64,000 nucleotides of DNA, taken from positions 62,001 through 126,000 of the forward strand of contig JAXLNO010000611.1 of the NCBI GenBank assembly GCA_038087875.1. Reading direction: 5' to 3'. This DNA comes from Malacoraja senta (Eukaryota). Positions within the stretch are counted from its first letter, which is position 1, and each line of letters starts with the position of its first letter. Under the pieces are notes generated by a model that searched no databases, was not told where the DNA came from, and was given only the letters and a program-made list of their open reading frames with translations. Both the position numbers and the translations under genes were made by a program. Positions 1-12,600 of this stretch are shown one piece after another.

Positions 1-3000
1 TGCATCCTGAAGGTTCGTCGCTTTTTGTGTGCTGAATTTCTGTCGCTTTTTGCGTGCTGAATTTTCGTGGCTCTCCGTGTGTTGAAATTTCATCGCTTTT
101 CGCCTCCTGAAATTTCATCGCATTTTGAGTCCTAAATTTTCGTCACTTTTTGCGTGCTGATTTTTCGTCGCTATTTGCATGCTGAATTTTCATTGCTTTT
201 TGCATGCTGAATTTTCGTCACTATTCCTGTGCTGAAATTTCGTCGTTTTTCACAGGCTGAAATTCCGTCGCCTTTCGTGTCCTGAAATTTCGTCGCTTTA
301 TGCATCCTGAAGTTTTGTCGCTTTTTGCGCCCTGAATTTACATCGCCTTTCGTGTGCTGAATTTTTGTCGCCTTACAAGTGCTGAATTTTCGTAACTTTA
401 ATCATGATGAATTTTCGTTGCTTTTCGCGTGTTTCATTTACATCACTTTTCGCATCCTCAAGGTTCGGTCATTTTCTTGTGCTGAAATTTCGTCGGTTTT
501 CATGTCCTGAAATTTAGTTGCATTTCGCATCTTGAATTTTTGTCGCATTTCACATCCTGAATTTTCGTCGCTTTTAGCGTCCTGAATTTTCGTCACTTTT
601 CGCATCCTGAAAGTTCGTCGCTTTTCGCGTGCTGAATTTTCGACGTTTTTCGCAGGCTGAAATTTCGTCGCTTTTCGCGTTTTTAATTTTCGTCGCCTTT
701 CGCGTCCTGAATTTTCGTCGCTTTTCGCGTGTTGAAGTTTCATCACTTTTCCTGTGCTGAAATTTCATCGCGTCTCGTGTGCTGAAATTTCGTCGTTTTT
801 CACAGGCTGAAATTTCGTCGCCTTTCGCGTCCTGAAATTTCGTCGCTTTATGCGTCCTGAAGTTTTGTCGCTTTTCACGTCCTGAATTTACGTCGCCTTT
901 CGTGTGCTGAATTTTTGTCACTTTATAAGTGCTGGATTTTCGTCAATTTAATCATGATGAATTTTCATTGCTTTTCACATGATTCATTTATATTGCATTT
1001 CACGTGCTTCATTTACATCACTTTTCGCATCCTGAAAGTTCGGTCATTTTCATGTGCTGAAATTTCGTCGGTTTTCACGTCTTGAAATTTAGTTGCATTA
1101 CGCATCCTGAAATTTTGTCGCATTTCACGTCCTGAATTTTCGTCGCTTTTAGCATCCTGAATTTTTGTCGCTTTTCGCATCCTGAAATTTCGTCACTTTT
1201 CGTGTGCTGAATTTTCGTCTCTTTTCACATGCTGAATGTTCGTCACTTTTCCTGTGCTGAAATTTCGTCGCGTATCGCGTGCTGAAATTTCGTCACTTTA
1301 TGTGTCCTGAAATTTAGTCGCTTTTCTCATCCGGAATTTACGTCGCTATTGGTGGTTTGAATTTTCGTCGCCTTTTGCGTCCTGAACTTTTGTCGCATTT
1401 TGCGTGCTGAATTTTCATCACTTTTCGCGTGCTGAATTTTCGTGGCTTTCTGTGTGCTGAAATTTCATCGCTTTTCGCCTCCTTAAATTTGATCGCATTT
1501 TGCATCTTAAAATTTAGTCGCTTTTCGCATCCTGAATTTATGTCGCTTTAGGCATTTTTAATTTTTTGTGCCTCTTGTGTCCTGAATTTTCGTCACTTTT
1601 CATGTGCTGGATTTTCGTCGCTTTTCTTGTGCTGAATTTTTGTCCCTTTTCGCGTCCTGAAGGTTTGTCGCTGATCGCGTGCTGAATTTTCGTTGCTTTT
1701 CACATTCTGAAATTTTGTCGCTTTATGCGTCCTGTAATTTCGTCACTTTTTGCGTCCTGAATTTACGTCGCTTTAGGCTTTTTGAATTTTCGGCGCCTTT
1801 CGCGTTCTGAATTTTCATCACTTTTCATGTGCTAAATTTTAATCACTTTTTGCATGCTGAATTTTCGTCGCCTTTTGTGTGCTGAATTTTCGGCGCTTTT
1901 CGTGTGCTGAAATTTCGTCTGTTTTCCCGTCCTGAATTTTAGTTGCATTTCGCGTCCTGAATTTTTGTAGCATTTCACGTCCTGAATTTTCGTCACTTTT
2001 AGCGTCCTGAATTTTTGTTGCTTTTCGCATCCTGAAAGCTCGTCGCTTTTCATGTGCTGAATTTTCGTCTCGTTTCCTGTGCTGAAATTTCGTCGCTTCA
2101 TGCCTCCTGAAATTTCCTCGCTTTTCCCGTACTGAATTTACATCGCTTTTGGCATTTTGAATTTTCATCGCCTTTCGCTGTCCTGAATTTTTGTCACTTT
2201 TCGCGTGCTGAATTTTTGTCGCTTTTCACGTCCTGAAATTTCGTTACTTTATGCGTCCTGAAGCTTCGTCGCTTTTCGCGTCCATTAATTTCATCGATTT
2301 ATGCGTCCTGAAATTTCGTCGCGTTTGCATCCTGAATTTACAATGCTTTTGGCGTTTTGAATTTTTGTAGCCATTCGCGTCCTGAATTTTCGTCGCTTTT
2401 TGTGTGCAGAATTTTCGTCGCTTTTTGCATGCTGAATTTTCCTTGCTTTTCGCATGCTGAAATTCCGTCACTTTTCCTGCGCTGAAATTTCATCGCGTAT
2501 CGTGTGCTGAAATTTCGTCGCTTTATGCCTCCTGCAAATTCGTCGCTTTTCTCATCCTAAATTTACGTCGCTTTTGGCATTTTGAATTTTTGCATCCTAA
2601 ATTTTTCTCCGTTTTAGCATCCTGAAATTTCGTACCTTTTCGAATCCTCAATTTTCGTACTTCCGCAACCAGAATTTTCGTCCCTTTCTGCATCCTAAAT
2701 GTTTGTCGCGTTTCACGTCCTGAATTTTCATATCTTTTCGCGTCCTGAATTTTCGTACCTTTCAGCACCCTGAATTTTCGTCCCTTTCTGATGGCCTATA
2801 TGTTTGTCGCATTTCATGTCCTCAATTTTCGTAACTTTTCGCCTCGTGAATTTTCAGCGCTTTTTCCATCCTGAAATTTAGTCGCCTTTCTCGTCCTGAA
2901 TTTACGTCGCTTTTGGTGCTGTGGAATTTTCGTCTCCTTTCGCGTGCTGAATTTTTGTCACATTTCGCGTGCTGAATTATTGTCGCTTTTCTCGTGCTGA

Positions 3001-5994
3001 ATTTTCGTGGCTTTCCATGTGCTGAAATTTCATCACTTTTTGCCTCCTGAAATTTCTGCGCATTTTGTGTCCTAAAATTTCGTCGCTTTTTGCTTGCTGA
3101 ATTTTCGTTCCTTTTTGCATGCTGAATTTTCGTTGCTTTTCTCATGCTTAATTTTTGTCACATTTCACATCCTGAAGATTAGTCGCTTTTTGCATGCTGA
3201 ATTTTCATCGCTTTTCGCGTGGTGAATTTTCGTCGCTTTACTTGTGCTGAAATTTAGTTGCTTTCTACGTCCTGAAATTTCATTGCATTTTGCGTCCTGA
3301 ATTTTTGTCGCATTTCACGTCCTGAATTTATGTCACTTTTAGCGTCCTGAATTTCCATCGCTTATTGCATCCTGAAGGTTCGTCGCTTTTTGTGTGCTGA
3401 ATTTCTGTCGCTTTTTGCGTGCTGAATTTTCGTGGCTCTCCGTGTGTTGAAATTTCATCGCTTTTCGCCTCCTGAAATTTCATCGCATTTTGAGTCCTAA
3501 ATTTTCGTCACTTTTTGCGTGCTGAATTTTCGTCGCTATTTGCATGCTGAATTTTCATTGCTTTTTGCATGCTGAATTTTCGTCACTATTCCTGTGCTGA
3601 AATTTCATCGTTTTTCACAGGCTGAAATTCCGTCGCCTTTCGCGTCCTGAAATTTCGTCGCTTTATGCATCCTGAAGTTTTGTCGCTTTTTGCGCCCTGA
3701 ATTTACATCGCCTTTCGTGTGCTGAATTTTTGTCGCCTTACAAGTGCTGAATTTTCGTAGCTTTAATCATGATGAATTTTCGTTGCTTTTCGCGTGTTTC
3801 ATTTACATCACTTTTCGCATCCTGAAGGTTCGGTCATTTTCTTGTGCTGAAATTTCGTCGGTTTTCATGTCCTGAAATTTAGTTGCATTTCGCATCTTGA
3901 ATTTTTGTCGCATTTCATATCCTGAATTTTCGTCGCTTTTAGCGTCCTGAATTTTTGTCGCTTTTCGCATCCTGAAATCTCGTCACTTTTCGTGTGCTGA
4001 ATTTTTGTCTCATTTCACATGCTGAATTTTCATCACTTTTCCTGTGCTGAAATTTCATTGCGTATCGCGTGCTGAAATTTCGTCACTTTATGCGTGCTGA
4101 ATTTTCATCGCTTTTCACGTGCTGAATTTTCGTCACTTTTCGCGTGCTGAATTTTCATGGCTTTCCGTGTGCTGAAATTTCATCGCTTTTAGCCTCATTA
4201 AATTTCATTGCATTTTGCATCTTAAAATGCTGTCGCATTTTGCGTGCTGAATTTTCGTCGCTTTTTGCATGCTGAGTTTTCATTGCTTTACGCATGCTGA
4301 ATTTTCGTCGCATTTCAAATCCTGAAGTTTTGTCGCTTTTCTTGTGCTGAAATTTCATTGCTTTCCACGTCCTGAAATTTCGTTGCATTTCGCGTCCTGA
4401 ATTTTAGTCGCATTTCAATTCCTAAATTTTCTTCGCGTTTAGCGTCCTGAATTTTCATCACTTTTTGCATCGTGAATGTTCGTTGCTTTTCATGTGCTGA
4501 ATTTTCGTCACTTTTTACATGCTGAATTTTCGTCGTTTTTCCTGTGCTGAAATTTTGGCGCTTTTGGCCTGCAATTTCTTCGCTTTATGCATCCTGAAAT
4601 TTCGGTGTTTTTTGCGTCCTGAATTTATGTCGCTTTTCGTGTTTTTAATTTTCGTCACCTTTCGTGTCCTGAATTTTCGTCGCTTTTCGCGGCTGAAATT
4701 TCGTCACTTTTCACGTCCTGAAATTTAGTTGCATTTGTCGTTCTGAATTTTTGTCGCATTTCGCATCCTGAATTTTCGTCGCTTTTAGCGTCCTGAATTT
4801 TTGTCGCTTTTTGCATCCTGAAAGTTCGTCGCTTTTCGTGTGCTGAATTTTTGTCTCTTTTCACATGCTGAATTTTCGTCACTTTTCCTGTGCTGAAACT
4901 TCGGCGCGTATCGTGTGCTGAAATTTCGTTGCTTTATGCGTCCTGAAATTTAGTTGCGTTTCTCTTCCTGAATTTACATCGCTTTTGGTATTTAGAATTT
5001 TTGTCGCATTTCGCGTGCTTAATTTTCATTGCTTTCGCATGCTGAATTTTCGTTGCTTTTCGAGTGCTGAATTTTCGTGGCTTTTCCTCGCTTTTCCTGT
5101 GCTTTAATTTTGTTGCTTTTCGCTTGCTGCAATTTTGTCGCTTTATGCATCCTGAAATTTTGGCGCTTTTCGCATCCTAAATTTTTGTCTCTTTAGACAT
5201 CCTAAAATTTCGTCGCTTTTTGCGTGCTGAATTTTCGTCGGATTTCACATCCTGAAGTTTCGTCGCTTTCCGCATACTGAATTTTTATCGCTTTTCGCGT
5301 GGTGAATTTTCGTTGCTTTTCTTGTGCTGAAATTTCGTTCCTTTCCATGTCCTGAAATTTAGTTGCATTTCGCATCCTGAATCTTAGTCACATTTCACAA
5401 CCTGAATTTCCGTCACTTTTAGCATCCTGAATTTTCATCCCTTTTTGCATCCTGAAGGTTCGTCGCTTTTCTTGTTCTGAATTTCTGTCGCTTTTCCTGT
5501 GCTGAAATTTTGTCACTAATCGCATCCTGCAATTTTGTTGTTTATGCATCCTGAAATTTCGGCACTTTTCGCGACCTGAATTTGTGTCACTTTTCGCGTT
5601 TTTAAGTTTCGTCACCTTTCGTGTGCTGAATTTACGTCGCTTTTCACGTGTTGAAATTTCGTCACTATCCCTGTGCTGAAATGTCATTGCGTATCGTGTG
5701 CTGAAATTTCGTCATTTGTCACAGGCTGAAATTTCGTCGCTTTTCACGTCCTGAAATTTTGTCGCTTTATGCATCTTAAAGATTTGTCGCTTTTCGCGTC
5801 CTGAATTTACGTGCATTTCGTGTGCTGAATTTTTGCCACTTTACACGTGCTGAATTTTCGTCGCTTTAATAATAATTAATTTTTGTTGCTTTTCGCGTGC
5901 TTCATTTACATCGCTTTTCGCGTCCTGAAGGTTCGTCACTTTTCGCATGCTGAATTTTCATTGCTTTTCACGTGGTGAATTTTCGTCGCTTTTC
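1..5994 (-). repeat. Satellite A, 25-bp monomer array (T-rich strand on +)
   Basis: Continuous degenerate repeats of GCGTGCTGAATTTTCGTCGCTTTTC. The block starting at 1 recurs nearly identically at 3366. Confidence 0.97.
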
Positions 5995-8900
5995 TTTTTT
6001 TATTTGCTTTTAATTTTATTTATTAGAAGTACATTAAATTACAAACAATTACATTAGTACTCATCACATATATCACATTACAATTAATGTACTCCTTCAT
6101 TTTTTAAAGCTAATAAAAAGAAAAGGTTGAAATTAAGAAGAAAGAGAAAGTGAAGGAAAATAGTGATAGTGTAAAAGCGTGTCAACAGGAAAGAACAGAG
6201 ACCCTGTAGAAGAGAAATTAGAGAAAAAAGATTAAGAGATAGATCCTAAAGAAAAAAAGAGAAAGAAGAGAAGAGAGAAAAACAAGTACTCTATTATGAG
6301 CATCACGCGAATGGGATATACCAACTCGCCACCTTTCATTCCCCTTTAACAAGTCCTGACATCGGTAACTTTTTAAAGTACTTTTGCACCTTATGCTTGT
6401 AATAGTTCTATAAATGAAGACCATGTCAGATGGAAGTGAACTAATTTGCCTGCCAGGAGGAGTCTTATCTCTTCCAGGTGTAATGTTTCAAATGTTTGAA
6501 ATCCACATGTTTATAGTTGGTATTGGAGCATTTTTCCAAAATATTAGGATAAGCTTTTTTCCAGTTATTAACCCGCAATGAAATAGGTTCTTTTGAAACA
6601 CATTTAGTTGAGGGCTATCTTCCGTTGTTCCGAAGATAATCCATTCTGCTTTTGGTGTCAGTTATAATTTAAATAATTTTGTAAAGATTTCAAAAATTTC
6701 AATCCAAAATTTTTGAATTTTGTACAAAAAACAAATGAGTGCGCTATAGTAGCTTCTTGAGACTGACATTTATCGCAAATAGGTGATACATTGGGGGAAA
6801 TTTTACTAATTTTGGTTTTTGAATAATAACATCTGTGTAAGATTTTGAATTGTATTAAAGTGTGTCTTACATTAATCGAGCATTTATGCACATTTAATAA
6901 ATGTTCATTCCACCTCGCCTTTGAAATTTTAATAGCTAATTCTTGTTCCCAGTCTCTTCTAATACCTTCCGTAGTTGGTATTTCTACATTTAAGATAATA
7001 TTATACAAATAAGATATTAAGTTTGCTGATTCAGCTTTTATCTGCATTGCTTCGTCCAGTACATCTGGTGGCATGTTATAATAATCTTTTGTATATTTTT
7101 TCAGATAATCACATATTTGAAAATATTTAAAGTAATGATTGTTTCCCAGATTATATTTTATTTGTAATTGTTGGAATGAGAGTAATTTTCCAGTTTAATA
7201 CAAGTCTCCGAGCATTTTAATTCCTAATCTTTCCCATTGTATAAATGATTTGTCTATAATGGAGGGTTTAAACGAAGGGCTATTAACTATTGGGGATAAA
7301 AGCGATACATTTCTTAATTTTAAATTTTGTTTTATTTGTTTGCAAGTTCTAATTGTACTATGTATAATTGGGTTTTTGTTATAATTTATATTATTCTGTT
7401 TCATTGGTGAGAGGAGGATCGCTCCAATATTACAAGAGGAGCAGTCTTCTCTCTCCATTATAATCCAGTCCACCTGCTGGGCAGAGTTGTCCATCAGTTG
7501 AATCATATTTTTAATATTTACTGACCAATAATAGTACATAAAGTTAGGGAGTGCTAAGCCCCCTAATACTTTAGGTTTATTCAAATGTGTTCTTTGTATT
7601 CTATGGGATTTATAATCCCATATAAAATTTGTAATGTCTGAATCCAATTTTTTAAAAACCTTTTAGGTAAATATATAGGAATTGATTGAAATAGGTATAG
7701 AATTTGTGGTAAAAGATCATTTTTATTGCATTTATTCGGCCTATTAAAGACATCGGAAGCGTTTTCCAGAATTTATTTAATGTATTTAATTTATTATGTA
7801 GATGATTATAATTTGCTTTGAACATACCTTGATATGTTCTGGTAATTTCAATACCCAAGTAGTTAAATTTTTCTGTAGCTATTTTAAAAGGGAATTTTAA
7901 GAGATGTGTTGAGTCTTTCGGTTTTATTGACATAATTTCACTTTTATTCCAATTTATTCTGTATCCAGAAAAGGATCCAAAATCCTCAATTAGATTTAAT
8001 ATGTTTGGTATAGTAATTTGAGGTTTCGTGATGTACAATAATATATCATCCGCGTATAAAGATATTTTGAATATTTAGTGTTATAGCCATGGATATCTGG
8101 ATGTATTCTAATTTTTTTCGCTAAAGGTTCAATTATAAGAGCAAATAACAGCGGTGATAATGAGCATCCTTGTCTGTTACCCCTTGACAAATTGGAATTT
8201 CGAAGATAAAATGTTATTAGTTAATATTCTAGCTGTAGGCTTATTATATAATAATTTAATCCATAGAATGAAATTCTCTCCCAATTGGAATTTTTGTAAT
8301 ACTGTAACCATATAATTCCATTCTACTTGATCAAATGCTTTTTCAGCGTCCAACAAAATAATTGATAATTCTAGTTCTTCGGTTTTGTGTGAGTGCATTA
8401 TATTGAGTAGCCATCTCATATTATTAGATGAATGTCTCTTAGGGATAAACCCCGTTTGATCTGGGTTTATTAATTTACTAATATATTTACTTAATCTTCT
8501 AGCTATGTTTTGGCTAATATTTTTTGATCTGTATTTAACAATGCTATAGCTCTATATGAACCCGGTTCTTCTATATCTTTGTCTTTTTTAAGTATTAATG
8601 TAATCGTTGATTCAGCTAATGTATCAGGTAATATTTGTTCTTTAAAGGCATATTTATACATTTTTTGTAAACGTGGTATAGTTTTGTCATGAAAACCTTT
8701 ATAAAATTCATTATTAAATCCGTCAGGACCTGGAGTTTTTCCGTTCTTTATTGAATTTATTGTATCGTCTAATTCCTTAATTGAGATTTGTGCACCCAAT
8801 TCCTCTTGTTCCTTCAACTAACTTTGGAAGATTACAGTTATCCAAGAACTCTGTAATTTTATTGGTATCCATTGTCGTTATGGATGTGTACAAATTCTCA

Positions 8901-9626
8901 TAAAATTGCGCAAATCTTTTATTAACATCATTCGGTAAAGTTAATGATACCCCTCTATCTGATTTAATCTTTTGAATCGTGTGTTCTTTTTCTCGTTATT
9001 TTAGCTGACGAGCCAAAGGTTTGTGTGGTTTATCCCCACATTCAAAATGTTCCTGTCTTGTAATTTGGAAAAGTCTTAAAAGTTTGGCTGATAATAATTT
9101 ATTTAATTTAAATTTCAGAATTATTATTTTATTATGCTTATCCATAGATGGATCTTTAGCATTATCTATATCCAGTTGCCTAATTTGTTCTTCTAACTGT
9201 CTTTGTTCATTCTTATTCTTTTTATTTTGGTATGAGATTATAACACCTCTAATAAATGCTTTAAAAGAATCCTATAGTAAAGTAGGCGATATATCTGGAA
9301 TGTTATTTATTTCAAAAAACACGTCCATTTGTTTCTTTAGATATATACTCCCTTGCGGGTCTTTTAGGATTTAAGGATTGAATCTCCAAAACGATTTGTT
9401 CTTAGACATTACTTCCAGTTTTAAAAAGAAAGTTAACAGTGAATGATCTGAGATCGAGTTGGTATGGTATTTTGGGTTCACAGTGTAAGGGATTAATTTT
9501 ATATCCACCAGGAAATAATCTATACGTGAGTATGTTTTGTGTACCATTGAATAAAATGAGTATTCCCTGCCAGTCGGATTAGGAATTCTCCAAACATCTG
9601 TTATATTGGTATTATTTATGTACATA
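5995..9626 (-). mobile_element. 5'-truncated, degraded L1-clade LINE (ORF2: end of endonuclease, RT, C-terminal Cys-rich region; 3' UTR; A-rich tail)
   Basis: Minus-strand ORF pieces: DVWR..NP..REYSFYS..HKTYSRIDYFLV..SDHS..WRFN (APE endonuclease C-terminus), GPDGF, YRAIALLNTDQKILAK, LDAEKAFDQVEW, RQGCSLSPLLF, frameshifted YADD near 8050, GGLALPNF, CDKC..H..C. AATAAA and A-rich tail at ~5995-6025. Flanked by TTTCGTCGCTTTTC at 5981-5994 and 9627-9640. Confidence 0.93.
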
Positions 9627-12600
9627 TTTCGTCGCTTTTCCTGTTCTGAAATTTCGTTGCTTTCCACGTCCTGAAATTTCGTTGCATTTTCCGTCCTGAA
9701 TTTTTGTCGCATTTCACGTCCTGAATTTTCGTCGCATTTAGCGTCCTGAATTTTCATCACTATTTGCATCCTGAAGATTCGTTGCTTTTCGTGTGCTGAA
9801 TTTTCGTCGCTTTTCACACGCTGAATTTTCGTCGCTTTTCCTGTGCTTAAATTTTGTCGCTTATCCCGTCCTGCAATTTCGTCGCTTTTCGCGTTTTTAA
9901 TTTTCGTCGCCTTTCGCGTCCTGAATTTTCGTCGCTTTTCGCGTGCTGAAATTTCGTCACTTTTCCTGTGCTGAAATTTCATCACCTATTGCGTGCTGAA
10001 TTTTCGTCGCTTTTCACATGCATAATTTTCGTAGTTTATCATGTGCTGAAATTTCGTCGATTTATGCGTACTGAAATTTTGTCGCTTTTCTCGTCCTGAA
10101 TTTACGGCACTTTTGGTGCTTTGAATTTTCGTCGCCTTTCATGTCCTGAATTTTTTTTGCATTTCGCGTTTTGAATTTCCGTAGCTTTTCTCGTGCTGAA
10201 TTTTCGTCGTTTTTCGCGTGCTGAATTTTCGTTGCTTTCCACGTCCTGAAATTCCGTTGCATATCGCGTCCGGAATTTTTGTCGCTTTTCGCGTCTTGAA
10301 GGTTTTGTCGCATTTAACGTCCTAAATTTTCGTCGCTTTTAGCGTCCTTAAATTTTGTCGCTTTTCGCATCCTGAAAGTTCGTCACTTTTTGTGTGCTGT
10401 ATTTTTGTCGCTTTTCTCATGCTGAATTTTCGTCACTTTTGCTGTGCTGAAATTTTGTCGCTTTATGCGTCCTGAAATTTAGTCGCTTTTCTCGTCCTGA
10501 ATTTATGTTGCTTTTGGTGTTTTGAATTTTCGTCGCCTTTCGCGTCCTGAATTTTTGTTGCATATCACGTGCTGAATTTCCATCGCCTTTCGGGTGCTGA
10601 AATTTAGTCCCTTTACACGTCCTGAAATTTCGTCGCTTTATGCGTCCTGAAGTTTCGTCGCTTTTCGTGTCCTGAATTTACGTTGCCTTCCATGTGCTGA
10701 ATTTTTGTCGCTTTACGCATGCTGAATTATTGTCACCTAATGCGTCCTGTAGTTTTATTGCTTTTCACCTCCTGAATTTATGTCGCTTTTGGCTTTTTGA
10801 ATTTTCCTTGCCGATTGCGTCCTGAATTTATGTCGCTTTAGGTGTTTTGAATTTTCGTCACCTTTCGCGTCCTGAATTTTAGTCCCTTTACACGTCCTGA
10901 AATTTCGTCGCTTTATGCGTCCTGAAGTTTCGTCGCTTTTCGCGTCCTGAATTTACGTCGCCTTCCGTGTGCTAAATTTTTGTCGCTTTATGCATGCTGA
11001 ATTTTTGTCACCTAATGCGTCCTGTAGTTTTGTTGCTTTTCAAGTCCTGAATTTATGCCGCTTTTGGCTTTTTGAATTTTCCTTGCCGATTGCGTCATGA
11101 ATTTTCGTCGCTTTTCGCGTTTTTAATTTTCGTCGCCTTTCGCGTCCTGAATTTTCGTCGCTTTTCACGTGCTGAAATTTCGTCACTTTTCCTGTGCTGA
11201 AATTTCATCACCTATTGCGTGCTGAATTTTCGTCGCTTCTCACATGCATAATTTTCATAGTTTATCACATGCTGAAATTTCGTCGATTTATGCATACTGA
11301 AATTTTGTCGCTTTTCTCGTCCTGAATTTTCGGCACTTTTGGTGCTTTGGATTCTCGTCGCCTTTCATGTCCTGAATTTTTTTCGCATTTCGCGTTTTGA
11401 ATTTCCGTAGCTTTTCTCGTGCTGAATTTTTGTCGTTTTTCGCGTGCTGAATTTTCGTCGCGGTTCACGTGCTGAAATTTCGTGGCTTTCCATGTGCTGA
11501 AATTTCATCGCTTTTCGCCTCCTGAAATTTCATCGCATTTTGCGTCCTAAAATTTAGTCGCTTTTTGTATGCTGAATTTTCCTCACTTTTTGCATGCTGA
11601 ATTTTCGTTGCCCTTCGCATGTGGAATTTTAGTCGCATTTCTAATCCTGAAGTTTCATCACTTTCTGCATGCTGAATTTTCATCGCTTTTCGCGTTATGA
11701 AATGTTGTCGCTTTTCTTATGCTGAAATTTCGTTACTTTCCATGTCCTGATATTTCGTTGCATTTCGCGTCCTGAATTTTTGTCGCATTTCACGTCCTGA
11801 ATTTTCATCGCTTTTAGCGACCTGAATTTTCATCACCTTTTGCATCCTGAAGGTTTGTCGCTTTTCGTGTGCTGAATTTTCGTCGCTTTTCACATGCTGA
11901 ATTTTTGTCACTTTTCCTGTGCTGAAATGTTGTCGCTTATCGCGTCCTCAATTTCGTCGCTTTATGCATCCTGAAATTTCGTCGCCTTTCACGTCCTGAA
12001 ATTTCGTCGCTTTATGCGTCCTGAAGTTTCGTCGCCTTTCGTGTCCTGAATTTATGTCGCCTTTTGTGTGCTGACATTTTGTCTCTTTATGCATGCTGAA
12101 TTCTCGTCGCTTTAAACATGATGAATTTTCGTCGCTTTTCGCGTCTTGAAGGTTCGGTCATTTTCGTGTGCTGAAATTTCGTCGCGTCCTGAAATTTTGT
12201 TGCATTTCGCATCCTGAAGTTTTGTCGCATTTAACGTCCTAAATTTTCGTCGCTTTTAGCGTCCTTAAATTTTGTCGCTTTTCGCATCCTGAAAGTTCGT
12301 CACTTTTTGTGTGCTGTATTTTTGTCGCTTTTCTCATGCTGAATTTTCGTCACTTTTCCTGTGCTGAAATTTTGCGCATTATGCGTCCTGATATTTAGTC
12401 GCTTTTCTCGTCCTGAATTTATGTCGCTTTTGGTGTTTTGAATTTTCATCGCCTTTCGCGTCCTGAATTTTTGTTCCATATAATGTCGCCTTTCGCGTGC
12501 TGAAATTTAGTCCCTTTACACGTCCTGAAATTTCGTCGCTTTATGCGTCCTGAAGTTTCATCGCTTTTCGCGTCCTGAATTTACGTCGCCTTCCATGTGC

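Noticed and set aside
9371..9985. 204-aa ORF fusing a repetitive N-terminus to an endonuclease fragment
   Set aside because: Chance read-through from satellite into the truncated L1 at 9626; most of the endonuclease domain is missing.
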